Source of the DNA: Chara braunii
Taxonomy: Eukaryota > Plantae > Charophyceae
Direction of reading: 5' to 3'
Length of the DNA: 64,000 nucleotides
NCBI GenBank assembly: GCA_003427395.1
Contig: BFEA01000004.1
Span: 7,243,260 to 7,307,259 of the forward strand
Shown here: in pieces, positions 1 through 13,678 of the stretch
Numbering within the stretch: the stretch's first letter is position 1
Layout of the letters: each line of letters starts with the position of its first letter
Notes under the pieces: model-generated
What the model saw: only the letters and a program-made list of their open reading frames with translations
Databases searched by the model: none
What the model was told of the DNA's origin: nothing
Translations under genes and position numbers: made by a program

Positions 1-1539
1 AAAGGAGCAAGCAGACAAAAATAAACTGCAAAGGAGCGAGAAGCAAAAAAAAAAATGCAAAGGAGCGAGAAGAAAAGAAAAACTCCAAAGGAGCGTCGTT
101 CAGTTTTGCAGGAAAAAAACTAAAAACCGTAGTTTGCAGGCTGCAGACCAACAGATAAATTGTGTGGCTTTATTGGACTGAAGACATGGAATTACTCCAC
201 AGACCGTTCTGACACGACTGACAGACCCTTTAGGACTGACAACATTTACTGGACTGACACTAGATCTGACACAGCAGACTATCACAGAACAGACTAACAG
301 ACAGAACGAGAACCGCAGACACAGCTTGTGCGCAGGCTCAAGACCCACGGTCAATTGCAGGCAAGGGTCAGAGGGAAAGTCAAACCGTTGACAACCTACT
401 GACAAAAAGCAGACTGACAAACACTCGCTGACCTCTAGACGAACGTTGGACTGACAAAGCTGACAAGCGAGTTCTGACAGACTGACGGACTGAAGTCAGA
501 GGGACAGGTCGCCAGAACGAACTCACTCAATCAAGGTCTTGATTGGAGATTGAGGCCGGTCAAATTTGACCGAAATACAGGAACCTGGCTGACTTACTGT
601 TGGTCCCCACCTAAACTGTATGCTCGCCGCAAGTTCCAATCAATTACCGCAATTGAATTGCCGACAATTTTCTTCCGCAAAACTCGACCCTCAAGCGGTC
701 GTCCAAAATGGTGGTCGACCAAGCAGGCAGGGACTGACTTTGAGGGTTACCGTGCCCTGAGGTCGCCACCAGGCTTATTAGGGTTGACGTCCCAATTAGC
801 ACCGGTGTCGGGCGGCCAAAGGCAGTCGGCCCAACGAAATTCGAAAGATTGAGTTGTAGAACTGTTAGGGAGAGGTGCTTGATGGTTTTCTTCTGTCAAA
901 CGTGTCGTGAAAAATTAGGGTGCCCAAGTTGACCCCTAATTCCCCCTCGATCGCCCACCAATACTAATCCTTGGATTTTGACAACCAGGAGCGTCACTTC
1001 GACTGGTCTTGATGTTCCTTTTTTCTGCCCATTCCGTACCTGTTTCCGTACCAGCTGGCTATTGAACGGGAGATGTGCGCGAGCCTTTGCGCAACATTTT
1101 CTACCACAACCAGTTGGTGCGAAAACGAGACCTCAAATTTATCTAATTTAATAATAAAGTGAAAAACGATAAAAATAAATGTGTTAAAATCCGGACCGCC
1201 CGACGGCCTTGCCTTCGTCCAGTAGGGCTCCCAGGCGGCCCAGCTAGTTGGGTCCCCCGGTTGGGCGCCGAGTGGGTGGGGGGGGGGTAGGCCTTTTTGG
1301 CCAGTGGCGGCCTCCCTGGACATCTGGTGCTTGAAAAAAAAAAATGGACTTTCTAGGAGGGAGGGGCAGGCCTTTTTCGGCGACTGATCCCAGCCGCTGA
1401 TCTGCGAAGATTGGCGGCTGGGATCAGTCGTTGAAAAACGCCTTGTCCCATCCCCCTGGCGGGCTACGACCCCGCATTCGAATTCGAACGGGGGATTGTC
1501 CTCCCCGCGTTCGAAGCCCTGTCCTTGTCATTGAGCTGC

Positions 1540-1697
1540 TGGCCACCGGGTCACCTTGTCTCACCGATCTCTGAAGGGCAAAAGGGAAGGATAGGTGCCC
1601 ATTAACCATAATGTTCGTTTCTGCGGATCTGTGCATGGTGGACACCCACGCACTGAAGGAATCATTAAAGTTCATTTTCTGCAGACAACAGTCCATG
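1540..1697 (-). pseudogene. LINE reverse transcriptase fragment
   Basis: Translation IMVNGHLSFPFALQRSVRQGDPVA contains the non-LTR RT motif RQGDP. Confidence 0.8.
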
Positions 1698-1698
1698 A

Positions 1699-2500
1699 AT
1701 TTTTTTTTTTATTTTTTTTTTTTAATTTTTTTTACAAGAAACAGCCCGAGTGAATGCTAGGGGCGCTGATAAGAGCAGACGCCTCTAGCAAGCTCGGGGA
1801 GGCTCCATCTATTGGTGGGGAGCAACACCTGCTGGAAAATGGGTCCAGCGTCCCTATGAACAATCTGAAATCATATGAACATGCCACGTGTCCATCCTAC
1901 TTGAAGGCGAGAAAAGCTTATGCACCGACACGCTGGCACGCAACGTTAGCCTAATGAGCAGCGTCAATTACCCTCAACCAAGGGAACGACTGCCCATCAC
2001 TCTGTAAGATCATATCCCTACTCAGAAACCCCATCGTGTAGTCAAATCTTGCAGCACCATGAGGAGGGGAGGAGACAATCCAAATAGGGAAGCTATCAGT
2101 AGAGACGCACACGTAGCAGAACCCCGGAACCCCCACTGCACCTCCTTGCCTGCCACGTGGCGAATCCTAGTATTTTTTACCACCGGGATATGACCCCCCG
2201 GGTAGCTTAGCAAACTCGAAATCATATAGGCATGCCACGTGGCCACCCCGATTTAAACGCACAAATTCGTCTGAGCGGCAACGCAGGCACATATGTATAA
2301 CCAGTGAACAGCATTGATTACCCTCAATGAGGGGATTGACTGCCCACCCATGCACGAATTCATACCCTACCCAGAAATACTCATCAACAACCCAAAAACC
2401 ATACATCGCCATGAGTAGAAGGGGCAATCTGAGCAGAACTCACTAAAAGCTAAAACCTAAAGGCCACGTGGCGGAACCCTAACGAGTCACACACAAAGAA
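1699..2500 (-). mobile_element. 3' UTR/tail of a non-LTR retroelement with poly(A)
   Basis: T-run at 1699-1733; terminal GCTCC..GGAGC stem-loop and TAATCAATGC motif shared with LINE tails elsewhere; similar to 44760-44854. Right boundary approximate. Confidence 0.6.
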
Positions 2501-3399
2501 ATCCATAGCGCCGCTTCCCTCGGCACTTCCTGTCCTCGCCACCTGACAAGAAACCGGACATCACGTTTGCAGGCCCTAATGACTCATGCAGTGTTGGCCC
2601 ACGGCTAGAGCTGCCCTATTACCATGTGGCAACTAATCAGATGTGGTAAGGCAATCCAATATCTATCCCACCCCTTCGCGCACCCATCCCACCCCTAGCT
2701 CTCCCCCACACCCGTCCAATATGCTGAACGAGCCGTTCAAACAGCCCTGTCGCCCTCCCCCCGGGTCATCAACACGATCACAAAGGAGAAAGGACACCGG
2801 GGGAGAGAAGGGGAAGGGGGAGAGAGCTGAAACCCCCACCATACTTACCACACCGCCGTTGTTGGTATTATTGATGTCGTTTTTGTTGCTGCTGTTGTTG
2901 TAGTTTTTGTTGTTGTAGTCCGGCGTGCACAAACTCACAATTTCCATACTTGTCCAGTGTCATCCACAACAATCATGGTGTTGCCAGCGTCCACAATCTC
3001 TGCGTCGTGGTTGCTGTAGGTGTTGTTGCTGCTGATGTTGTTGTTGTTATTGTTGTTGTTGTTGTTGTTGTTGTCATTATTGTCGCGCGCGCCTAAGCTC
3101 ACGATCCCCATGTTTGTACCATGGACACAAATTTATTGTTATCGTTGGCGTGTTTGTCAATAGCGAGGACGTCATCACCTCGAGCTTGGCCCTCCCTGAT
3201 CTCATCCATGAAGTCTCAGTCGAGGTGGTCATAGGCTTTCTCAAAGTCTATGAACAAGACGGTTGACCGTCGCCATCGACCTGCATCCAGGTGCTCTCCG
3301 TGCGTAGCCGACTTCCTCCTCCTCCCACGGAGCTCCCAAAGCGCTGCCCGTCGTTGAGCTGCCACATCGTCATCCATCTGCCCATTGTCGAGGCGCCAA

Positions 3400-4931
3400 C
3401 CACCTCCTCCTCCTCGTGTGCAGCCGACCTCCTCCTCCTCCTCCTCTCGGCTTCTTCTTCACTCCTCTTCGTCCCCATTTCATCTTCTTCTTTTCTCTCC
3501 TCCTCCTCCTCCTCCTCTCGTCTTCTTCTTCCTCTCTTCTCCTCCTCCTCCTCCTCCTCATTTTGTCTTCTTCTTTTTTCTCTTTATCCTCCTCCTCCTC
3601 TCCTCCCCTCTTCTTCTTCTTCTCTCCTCCTCCTCCTCATTTTGTCTCCTTCTTTTCTCTCCTCCTCCTCCTCCTCCTCTTGTCTTCTTCTTCTTCTCTC
3701 CTCCTCATTTCTTCTTCTTTTCTTTCCTCCTCCTCCTCCTCTCGTCTTCTTCTCCTCTCCTCCTCTTCCTCCTCCTCATTTCATCTTCTTCTCTTCTCTC
3801 CTCCTCCTCCTTCTCCTCCTCTCGTCTTCTTCTTCTCTCCTCCTCCTCCTCCTCATTCCATCTTCTTCTTTTCTCTTCTCCTCCTCCCCCTCCTACTCTC
3901 GTCTTTTTTTTTCTTCCAGTCTGCCTCTTCTTTCTCCTCCTCCTTCCTCCCCTCCTCCTCCTTCCTCCCCTCCTCCTCCTTCCTCCCCTCCTCCTCCTCC
4001 TCCTCTCGTCTTCTTCTTCTTCCCCTCCCCCTCCTCCTCCTCCTCTCGTCTTCTTCTTTTCTTCCCCCCCTCCTCCTCTCGTCTTCTTCTTCTTCTTCCT
4101 CATTTCATCTTCTTCTTCTTCCTCATCCTCCTCCACCATATCCTACCGCCCGCCATCTCACACATCTGCCAGCCGTGTTGTACGGTCCGCCGTATCCCAC
4201 TGCGCGCCATCTCCCATTCCTCTTTTTTTTTTTTTCTGCCCAAAAAAAAGACGGGAAGTGGGCAGACTGCAGCTCTTCTTCTTCGTTTTCTCTCCGCCTC
4301 CTCCGCCTCCTCCTCCTCCTCTCGTCTTCGTCTTCTTCTTCTCTCCTCCTCCTCCTCCACCTACTTTCGTCTTGTCCTTCTCGTCTCCTCCTCCTCCTCG
4401 TTTTCCTCCTCCATCGTCCTCTTATTATTATTATTTTTTTCCGTCATCCCCATACACTACCGGCAGGTCCTCCTCCTCCTCCTCCTCCTCCTCCTCCTCT
4501 CGTCTTCTTTTTCTTCTCTCCTCCTCTTCCTCCTACTCCTCCTTTTGTCTTGTCCTTCTCTCCTCCTCCTCCTCCTCCTCCTCCTCCTCCTCCTCTCGTC
4601 TTCTTCTTCTTCTCTCCTCCTCCTCCACCTACTTTCATCTTCTCCTTCTCTCCTTCTCTCCTTCTCTCCTTCTCTCCTCCTCCTCCTCCTTCATCATCCT
4701 CTTATTATTATTATTATTTTTCCGTCACGCCATATACTACCGGCAGGTCCTCCTCCTCCTCCTCCTCTCCTCATCTTCTTCTTCTCTCCTCCTCCTCCTC
4801 CTCTCATCTTCTTCTTCTTCTCTCCGCCTCCTCCTCCTCTCGCCTTCTTCTTCCTCCTCCTCCTCTCCTCCTCCTCCTCCTCCCCCTTTGTCCTTCTCTC
4901 CTCCTCCTCCTCCTCCCCCTTTGTCCTTCTC
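3400..4931. repeat. Long (TCC)n/(TTC)n polypyrimidine low-complexity tract
   Basis: Directly visible; explains the three overlapping spurious long ORFs. Confidence 0.95.
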
Positions 4932-5827
4932 NNNNNNNNNNNNNNNNNNNNNNNNNNNNNNNNNNNNNNNNNNNNNNNNNNNNNNNNNNNNNNNNNNNNN
5001 NNNNNNNNNNNNNNNNNNNNNNNNNNNNNNNNNNNNNNNNNNNNNNNNNNNNNNNNNNNNNNNNNNNNNNNNNNNNNNNNNNNNNNNNNNNNNNNNACAG
5101 GCCCTAGACTCAGACTGGTTGGACTGGTACCCGCCTAGACCTAGCCTACAACTACTGGGCCTCTAAAAATGCCAGCTTTTGTCTTGTTCTGATCGGCCTC
5201 GAGTACCCAGCACATCAACCTCTACCTGGTGTGATACCAGCCTACCTTCTACTTGAGTGTTTTCCGCTGCTTCAAGTGTTGTTTGCCTCTTTTCCCGCCA
5301 CTTGAGTGTTTTCCCCGCTGCAACCCTCAATGTCACGGCCACAGGTAAGTACCAGCCCTTCGGGCCCTCTGAACGAACAAGTGCCCTTGCGGGTCACACA
5401 CACACTCAAGCTGACAAGCACTCAGACAGGAATGCAGACCAGCAAGCATGCACACACACAGACTTAGAGAACTCAGCAACAAGCGGGAAACTCAGCAAGG
5501 CATTCATTCTATGACCAAAACTCAGAAATCAGCTGTGTGTCTCAGTCCGTGTTTGGCATGTCATTACAAATGCCACAAAAAAGGCAGGCAAAATCGGCAA
5601 ATGTTTTCCCCCCTCCCCTTGAAGATGGGTAGTGAACAAGCAAGTTGGCATGGAGAATGATGAAATTGAATGCCGCAAAAGAAGGGAGGCAAATGCCACC
5701 CGGGCAAGCTCATATTTATGCAGGTTCTTCATTTCTGGCCGTTGACCTTTGCAATCAAGATTAGAAATGCATTTTAGAGTCCAGGTAAGTGCGACCTTAA
5801 CCCTGAAGCAAGTTGTTGGGAGCGAAC

Positions 5828-5896
5828 CTGACGGGAATGACTTCATCTAGGGTGTGGAAAAACCGGCCAATTACCACAGATAGAACAGTCATAACC
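5828..5896 (-). CDS. PAM71: PAM71-like exon VMTVLSVVIGRFFHTLDEVIPV(R)
   Basis: TTGCAG acceptor and GTTCGC donor, 69 nt; phase matches the previous exon; aligns to PAM71 IMTIISVVLGRTFHYVDEVLPFR better than to CMT1. Confidence 0.88.
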
Positions 5897-6803
5897 CTGC
5901 AAACCCCGAATGAAGAAACCCAGCCAAAAAGTCGATCAGCCAATCGGTCAGCAAGTCATAAAAATCATTCGATAGAAAAAAGAAAAAAGAAAACCATCCT
6001 TTGACTTCATATCAAATGAACAATATACGCATGACATTACTCCTCACTAAACGAGCACATGCGCTTGTGCATGCTAGTGTGAAATGACACTGAAATCAGA
6101 TAAACAATCAAGCGGACACAAAGGAAATCTTTGCAACTTTTCCACTGAAAAAGCAACTTAGAATTCTAGTACGCATTAGCTACCTGAATTAAGAATTGCG
6201 TCTTTATTCCACCTCTCGCTTTGATCCCCACCTTAATCCACCAGTAACCCATCCAGCTGCCTGTGAGAATGTACCAGTTAGCATAACGCTATGGAAAGGG
6301 CCAGCCTAGTGGAGCAGAAAGTCTACCGGCACCCGGTACTTGGGCCGGTAGGCCCTTGCTCATGACAATCTGGTATGCCAGGGGCAGGCAAAGCCGTGCA
6401 TCGGATAAAAGAGGCTCAGAAGTACTGGTGGTTTAATTAGAGTAAGAGAAAGCACTGCTTCCTATCTTGAACCACCAGTACCTTTCCCCGCTTGAAGAAA
6501 AATGCCCGCCAGTTAACACGGGGGGTGGGCAGCTTCGGGACTACCAGCGCGAAATGGCTGGTGGCACAAGCCAAAATTGAATCCGCTTCAGTTCTTTTTT
6601 TCTGGTGTGCAAATCGATTTTAGGCTCGGCACCGATAGCTGAGAAAGGGTACTGGTGGTTTAAACTCCAAAATCTGGCGCAAAGCCCCCATTGAAAAAAG
6701 AAGAGGTGACTATCCCAGGCCAGAGCCCATATAGCGACTCCCACAACCTCTACTCATCAGCTGCTCACTAAGACAGCACACACTTACACGTGCAGAGCAA
6801 CGG

Positions 6804-6839
<36 letters not shown>

Positions 6840-9151
6840 CGTTTTCAGCTCAAAATCCCCTGGTGGATATCAGTCAACCAGTCCTAGGCGAGAATCTGTC
6901 TCCACTTCCCACAACCAATCAGCCAATCACGAAAATGAGTCAGACAAACGCCTGTGGATTCTGTGTGGAACCCATACATTCCTTAATCTAATCCCCTGGC
7001 AAGTGGAATCTCACTGCGGTTGCGACTTTAATTTTGACTGTGAAATCCGAAATTCAAAATGTGGAGGCTCTGAACTGTCAACAATAAGCCTATTCTCTTC
7101 CTCGTGCAATCAGACTCGCGTTCTTCTTCACTTCACATACATGCAAGCAGATGTTAATCCACGCTGGCGCTGTGCACCCACACTAAGCTCGGAGATATTC
7201 AAGTTGAGAACACAGTTTGGATACAAACTCGCTTCGAACTGGCTATGGCGCCTGAGCGCTCACACATCCTCTGTCCAACACTGTAGTCACACAACCATTT
7301 GCACGCACTCGACTCTGGATCTCCCTGGATATCCCACATACACACACACTGGACTCTACCTCTAAGCTACAGCATCTATGGCCACTCTACTACTACTGGC
7401 TATGGACGGACTATCTCCCTTCAGCCCACTTCAACTTCGGGCAACTGCAGATCACCTCGCACAAGACGCTATGGCAGTGCTTCCGCATGGCTCACGCAGG
7501 AATGAATGAATGGCTGGACGCTGCCTCTTGATTTATACTTGTGTAAGTCGCTGGTCGGCCCTCTTCCACCGGGCCCATTGCAATTACTTGCTGTTTTCTG
7601 GTTTCCTGTAGCCTCTCTCTGTCGAGGCTGTACTATAGGTAGGATAGATTCGTAATTTTGTTTGGCTGAGGGCTAACCGAGAGACCTACCTGTGAGGGAA
7701 ATTTGTGAGGGACATATCTGCAAATCCAGGAAAAATGCAGGCCTGGTACTAACAGAATTCCCTACCGCCACCCTAACTGCGAATAGCAGGCCCGGGCTAC
7801 CCCTAGGACGGACAGGCCCTAAAGGCCTATTCTGATGGACGGTCCTATAGCCTTTAGCCGGGTCCGGTAGAGGCCGAGAGTCCGAAACAGAAACGCTACC
7901 GGTCGGTCAGTCAGTCCGGTCTAGGTCGAGTCTAGGCTAGGTCAGTCTATAGATAGGAGGGGCACATCGGCTCAGGGTTTTTGGGCAGTTGGTACCGAGT
8001 ACATCGCTGCTGTGCTACGCATGAACCGGAAGTGGTGACGGCTCAGCGTGGAAGGAGACAGGCATAGCCAGACCTTCGGAGCGCTGGCCATAGCTGGGAC
8101 CTGCGCTGTACTCTGCCAGCACACAGGGGCTGGCAGAGGTCTGGGCTATCGAGGTCTGCTGGAGGCGAGAGACATTGGTGCCCTGCGGGACCCTCCTCCG
8201 GAGTGGGGTTCCAGGGTGGTGGCGCTGCAGCCATAGCTGCAGCTTCTTCCTCAGAGGCCTGTTTCATGGTGGCGCTTCCCTGTGGAGGCTGTATCTGGGT
8301 GGCGTTTGATGTTTCAAGGGCTCAGGGGTGTTGCGAGTGGTTACTCAGGGTTGGGGAGTGAAGCGCTGCTCACTTCTGAGCAGCGCACTGTAGTACTGAG
8401 GTTATCCTGACAATTCGAGACTCTGAGTTTAATAAACAGTGTGTAACTGGGTTTGGACTATCATCGTTTCATTGTTTTCCCGGATGTGATCTACTCCGCT
8501 CTTCTTTATGACTGGTTGTGAGGATTGAGTGGAGTGAATTGCACTTTCAGTGTACCCTGTCATATCGCATGGTCAAGTCTTCCGCTGTGTTTATCTCTCC
8601 CTGTGCGGTGTGATACTCGTATCCTCTTCCCTTCCTTCTGTGTATGTATGGGCATACCTGGAAGTCTATGTGAGTGAGTGTCGGTCTTCAGACACCAAAC
8701 AACCAGAACCATAACACCATGGTGCACACAGTCCCTCATGGTACTTGCTGACTGTACAAAGTGAGACTGGGACTGGGTACCGCTGACTAAGCGAAGTTGG
8801 ACTCACCACTTGCCCACTTGCCTCTGGTCTGTTGTGAATAATGTGAGAAAAACTTGAAAGGCCACTTCCGGACCTTCCGGAAGTCTGTGGACTTGGCCTT
8901 TCGGGGCTGTAGCAGCTACGACCTTGACCTTTCAGAATTGCTACAGCTACGGCCTCTACACAGGTATGACCCCTAGTCGACAGATCTACAGATCGAACCC
9001 CTACAGCTACACAGACCTACGAGCGCTGGCCTAGAAGAGGCCTCATTTCATTGTGAAGGCTGCTAGGCTTGTGAATTGCTGCTGGATATTACCACACCAT
9101 TTAAGCTGGTTCTTGTGATCACCATGGGAAAAGTTGTGTGTGTGTGTGAGG

Positions 9152-9153
<2 letters not shown>

Positions 9154-9229
<76 letters not shown>

Positions 9230-9230
9230 N

Positions 9231-9287
<57 letters not shown>
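9154..9287. repeat. (GA)n microsatellite
   Basis: Directly visible. Confidence 0.97.
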
Positions 9288-9291
<4 letters not shown>

Positions 9292-9653
9292 CTACCATCC
9301 TCCTCTGAATGTAACGCCCCATCATTATGGACGTATGTAAACCCTGTTTCGGTCAAAATACGCTGATGCTGCTGGGGCATTGTGTATGGGGAAGCTAGGG
9401 CACAGAGAAACTGCTTGCCAGTTGATTCCAGCCCCACACCACCCCCTCAACAAAAAAGGAAAAACTTGGTGCCTTTACCTCCTGGCTAGTTGATTTAGCT
9501 CAAGTGATGGATGTAATGTTGGCTCTCAACCCTCGATGATTGAGCTTTGACTTTTTAAGGCCCGACAACTCGTTTGAACCGATCCTCTGATACTTGATGT
9601 CTTTTTAGTAGTTTCACCATTCAGCAAACAATACAACTCTCACTCCAACTCAC

Positions 9654-9715
9654 ACTAGGGCGCCAAGTGCACCTGCAAATACAATACTCTTGGAATTCCT
9701 GGTCGCTAGAAGAAC
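9654..9715 (-). CDS. PAM71: PAM71-like exon VLLATRNSKSIVFAGALGAL(V)
   Basis: CTGCAG acceptor and GTGAGT donor, 62 nt, phase 0 to 2; aligns to PAM71 ALLAARNSAATVFVGTFGALG. Confidence 0.88.
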
Positions 9716-9993
9716 CTGCAGATAAAGAGCAGCATGCATCCATCAAGCAAAGTCGACCAGATACACGGCAGAACACATGAAGACGTTAGAAATATATATC
9801 TGGTTGTAAAACCAAATTATTATATCATGAAGGAAAAAAGAAATGCAACCACAAATGTTTGTTTCTTTTTTGCTTTGGTCTACTGACTCTCCTCCCCCTT
9901 TCCAAAAGAAGGCCAGTGGTCCAAAAGCCCTTCGAGGTTCAAAAACCCTTTGTTAGTTGGAAATGTGAAGAGGACGTAATTGAACCTTCAACC

Positions 9994-10027
<34 letters not shown>

Positions 10028-10624
10028 CAACCAACCACCACTTCAGTATTGATATTTACCAATACCCATTGGTGTGTTCTATTCATTATAACAACGACGA
10101 AGGCAAGGTACCATGTGTTCCTAGCCAGACCCATATAACTTAGACGTAAGAACAGACATACAAGCAGACCTATAAACGTAGGACCAGGAGGAACAGAGGT
10201 AGGAGCAGAATACTTAGAAAAGCACTATGGGTTATATGGAAGAAAAGATGTCAAGAAACAATAGAAAGGCAAAAAATTCACAGCCATGAAGCGTGGGGAC
10301 TACTGCAACAACAGGTAGAAGTACTCGATTTGCAACTGATGTATACCTTTGCTACCAGCGTGTTGTTACGGCAGGATGTGGGGATTCCAATGGGGAAACG
10401 TACCAGCCCCCCTCTCGCTTGCATTTTGTGCGCATATGCTGAGTGTATGTTCTACCGCAGCCTGGGGAGATTTGGGTGTCAAGTGTACGGGATCAGACTA
10501 GTTGATTATGTTGTTTTGATTACTGCATCCCTGTCGAATGAGGCATTGGTGTGGGTTCTGCAACGTTTCAGTGAGTGTTATCCTCGGAACCTGTGCTTGA
10601 AATGCACGGATAACGGGTTTGGAG

Positions 10625-11617
10625 CATAGTTGCGGCGCATCACGTGCGCGCAAGTTGTGCACTTGCGCCGCAGCGCACATGCGCACACGTGCGCGCGCAC
10701 GTGATGCGTTAACGCTACGTGATTTTAGGAAACGTATGGGCCACTACAGGAGCGCCCAAGTTCATCTAAATGTTTCTACTCTATTTTTTTCCGCGGCCGA
10801 TAGCTGGGCCAAGTACTGGTGGTTTAAAAAGGGTAAATACACAGAAAGAGAATATTTTGGTGCCTCGTCGTACTGCTCATTGGTTTGATTTTCCTTTCCA
10901 AAAAGTACCCTGGAAGCAATTAGCAGAGTCTCCAACGACTCTCCATAACCTTCGGAAGGATGTGCATTGGACTGCTGGAAGACCACGAGTAGGCCAGCAA
11001 TATATCCCGGATTCGGATTCAGGTCTGTGTTCCAAGAGTTATGGGTTACAAACTTACCACAAACACTCCAGTAGTCTCGTTTTTTTTTTTTCCCTTTTCT
11101 TACGTGCAGTGGCCCTAAGGGCCTGGCTCTACTCATCAGCACTTGCCGAAAAGAAAAACGGATGGTTTGTATGGTTCCAGTTTCTAGGAGAAGATTCATT
11201 CTAGTTTTGCACATACAGTAGCTGTCGATTTTAGTTTTTCCTTTTCTTACTTGCGTGCAGTGGCCCTAAGGGCCTGGCTCCACTCATCAGCACTTGCAGA
11301 AAAGAAAAATGTATGGCCTGTATGGATTCGGTTTCTGGGAGAAGATTCATTCTAGTTTTGCACATTTGGTGAGTAGTGGAGTGAAGCCCTCAAAATCACA
11401 TGCCGAGTTAGTAAGTCAGTAACCCATAACTGCTGAAACACGGACCTGAAATCAAAGCTACACCATATGTAGCTGGCCTACTCCCTCCTTACTACGAGTC
11501 CAGTGACGACCCTTCCAATGATCACCCCATTCCTGGCGAAGGGACCCTTGCCAATTTTTGGCAGGGACCTTGTGAAGTACCGGCAGGGGTTGTCTGAATA
11601 ATGTGCAAGGGCTCTGT

Positions 11618-11671
<54 letters not shown>

Positions 11672-11805
11672 GCGTGTATACACACATCACGTTTGTTTGT
11701 TTGTTTGTTTGTTTGTTTTCGCGTGCGCGCGCGCACCTGGGATTGGTGCAATGCGCACCGCGCAGCGTACTGCGCAGCGCACTTCACCTACGCGCCGCAA
11801 GTATG
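10625..11805. mobile_element. Non-autonomous hAT-type DNA transposon
   Basis: 14-bp TIRs CATAGTTGCGGCGC / GCGCCGCAAGTATG (1 mismatch); perfect 8-bp TSD GTTTGGAG at 10617-10624 and 11806-11813. Confidence 0.85.
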
Positions 11806-11828
11806 GTTTGGAGTTTTGGAATTCCTGG

Positions 11829-12308
11829 GCTGTGAGGTGAGGTGCAGCCAGTCTTATCCATGCCTTGGTTGCATGCAGATGTCAAAAAACAAGGAGAGCT
11901 CATGGAATAGCGGGTCACTGGAATTTCACACAGGGCAATCTTTTCTTTCATGGGGCAGTAAACAGCAGAAGAGTGCAGCAATCAGCAGTTACTTGCATCG
12001 GATCGATCAAAATACATCCATTCGCAGTGAAATTCCTGGACGAATGTTATCACTCAAACGGGAACTGAGCTGTGAGGTGAGGTGCAGACAGTCTTATCCA
12101 TACCTTGGTTGCGTGCAGATGTCAAAAAACGAGGAGAGCTCATGGAATAGTGGGTCACTGGAATTTCAAACAGGGCAATCTTTTCTTTCATGGGGCAGTA
12201 AACAGCACAAGAGTGCAGCAATCAGCAGTTACTTGCATCGGATGGATCAAAATACATCCATTCACAGTGAAATTCCTGGACGAGTGTTATCACTCAAACG
12301 GGAACTGA
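11829..12308 (+). repeat. 240-bp in-frame tandem duplication within the PLE ORF
   Basis: GCTGTGAGGTGAGGTGCAG starts at 11829 and 12069; 80-aa repeat in ORF 11603-12415. Confidence 0.92.
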
Positions 12309-12688
12309 GACTGAAAGATGTATCAATGAGTTTCTTTGAACGCGTTCTACGACGCTTCGCGTTACGACGGGATACGATTTGGAAGCAGAGCTTGGAATTG
12401 TTAGTGGTCCGGTGACGTGACTGGAGTAATAGCCGATTTTGACATACTCGGACAGGGCAGGCACCATGGTTAGCACAATTAGCAGTACTGATTTTTTTGG
12501 ATTTAGGTTGCCCTTGAAACGTTTTGGCTTGAACTGTTGTCTCTGTTTTTTTGTTGTTTGCTTTTTGTTATTTCTTGATGTTTTTAGCTGACAAACAGTG
12601 ATGCCAACCGGTTTCAAACTGTCGCCAGTTTTAAGCATTTCATAGGCAAGGGCCTGCTCACGGGTATTTTTTGGTTTGTTTGTGTTTT

Positions 12689-13663
12689 TGCGAGGCGCAA
12701 GGCCTCGGTAAACCCTACTGGGCCCTTTTTGCAACAGCGTCGGCCACCCTAAGTAAGTGAAGGCAGGCTCGACACACGACAAGAGGCCTATTTTGGACTA
12801 CCACGCAACTGGGAAAATTCAGGCAGTTGTGCAGCGTCAGTTGGTTGANNNNNNNNNNNNNNNNNNNNNNNNNNNNNNNNNNNNNNNNNNNNNNNNNNNN
12901 NNNNNNNNNNNNNNNNNNNNNNNNNNNNNNNNNNNNNNNNNNNNNNNNNNNNNNNNNNNNNNNNNNNNNNNNNNNNNNNNNNNNNNNNNNNNNNNNNNNN
13001 NNNNNNNNNNNNNNNNNNNNNNNNNNNNNNNNNNNNNNNNNNNNNNNNNNNNNNNNNNNNNNNNNNNNNNNNNNNNNNNNNNNNNNNNNNNNNNNNNNNN
13101 NNNNNNNNNNNNNNNNNNNNNNNNNNNNNNNNNNNNNNNNNNNNNNNNNNNNNNNNNNNNNNNNNNNNNNNNNNNNNNNNNNNNNNNNNNNNNNNNNNNN
13201 NNNNNNNNNNNNNNNNNNNNNNNNNNNNNNNNNNNNNNNNNNNNNNNNNNNNNNNNNNNNNNNNNNNNNNNNNNNNNNNNNNNNNNNNNNNNNNNNNNNN
13301 NNNNNNNNNNNNNNNNNNNNNNNNNNNNNNNNNNNNNNNNNNNNNNNNNNNNNNNNNNNNNNNNNNNNNNNNNNNNNNNNNNNNNNNNNNNNNNNNNNNN
13401 NNNNNNNNNNNNNNNNNNNNNNNNNNNNNNNNNNNNNNNNNNNNNNNNNNNNNNNNNNNNNNNNNNNNNNNNNNNNNNNNNNNNNNNNNNNNNNNNNNGA
13501 TGATGAGACTATTCGAACATTGTCAATTATGAGCTTTTGCTGTGCTCTTATTTGGTGGGAGTCGTGTTGCAATTCTGCTTTTGGTTCGAGGTCGCGACTA
13601 TCTGGTCTCATGTGTATGATGCTGCTTGGTTTCTGAAGTTCGCTATCGCTCATTTTCCTTGCA
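12689..13663 (+). repeat. 5' LTR (TG...CA, internal N gap)
   Basis: Begins TGCGAGGCGC, ends TTCCTTGCA; matches 20590-21480. Confidence 0.9.
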
Positions 13664-13666
13664 ATT

Positions 13667-13678
13667 TGGTATCGGAGC
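13667..13678 (+). promoter_or_regulatory. Primer binding site, tRNA-iMet type
   Basis: TGGTATCGGAGC 3 nt after the LTR end; one mismatch to TGGTATCAGAGC. Confidence 0.85.

Larger units (their letters stand above)
10330..12415 (+). mobile_element. Penelope-like element RT remnant, split by an insertion at 10625-11805
   Basis: QDVGIPMGKRTSPPLA...IRLVDY resembles PLE RT motifs (G-PMG-SP-LA, RYVDD). Removing the insertion gives continuous CTDNGFG|VLEFLGCEV. Clade not determined. Confidence 0.75.

Noticed and set aside
3291-5166. Three long overlapping ORFs of 563-615 aa
   Set aside because: They are stop-free only because of the TCC/TTC tract and an N gap.
10742-11380. CACTA element nested in the hAT-type element
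   Set aside because: The candidate TIRs match for only 6 bp and there is no clear 3-bp TSD.
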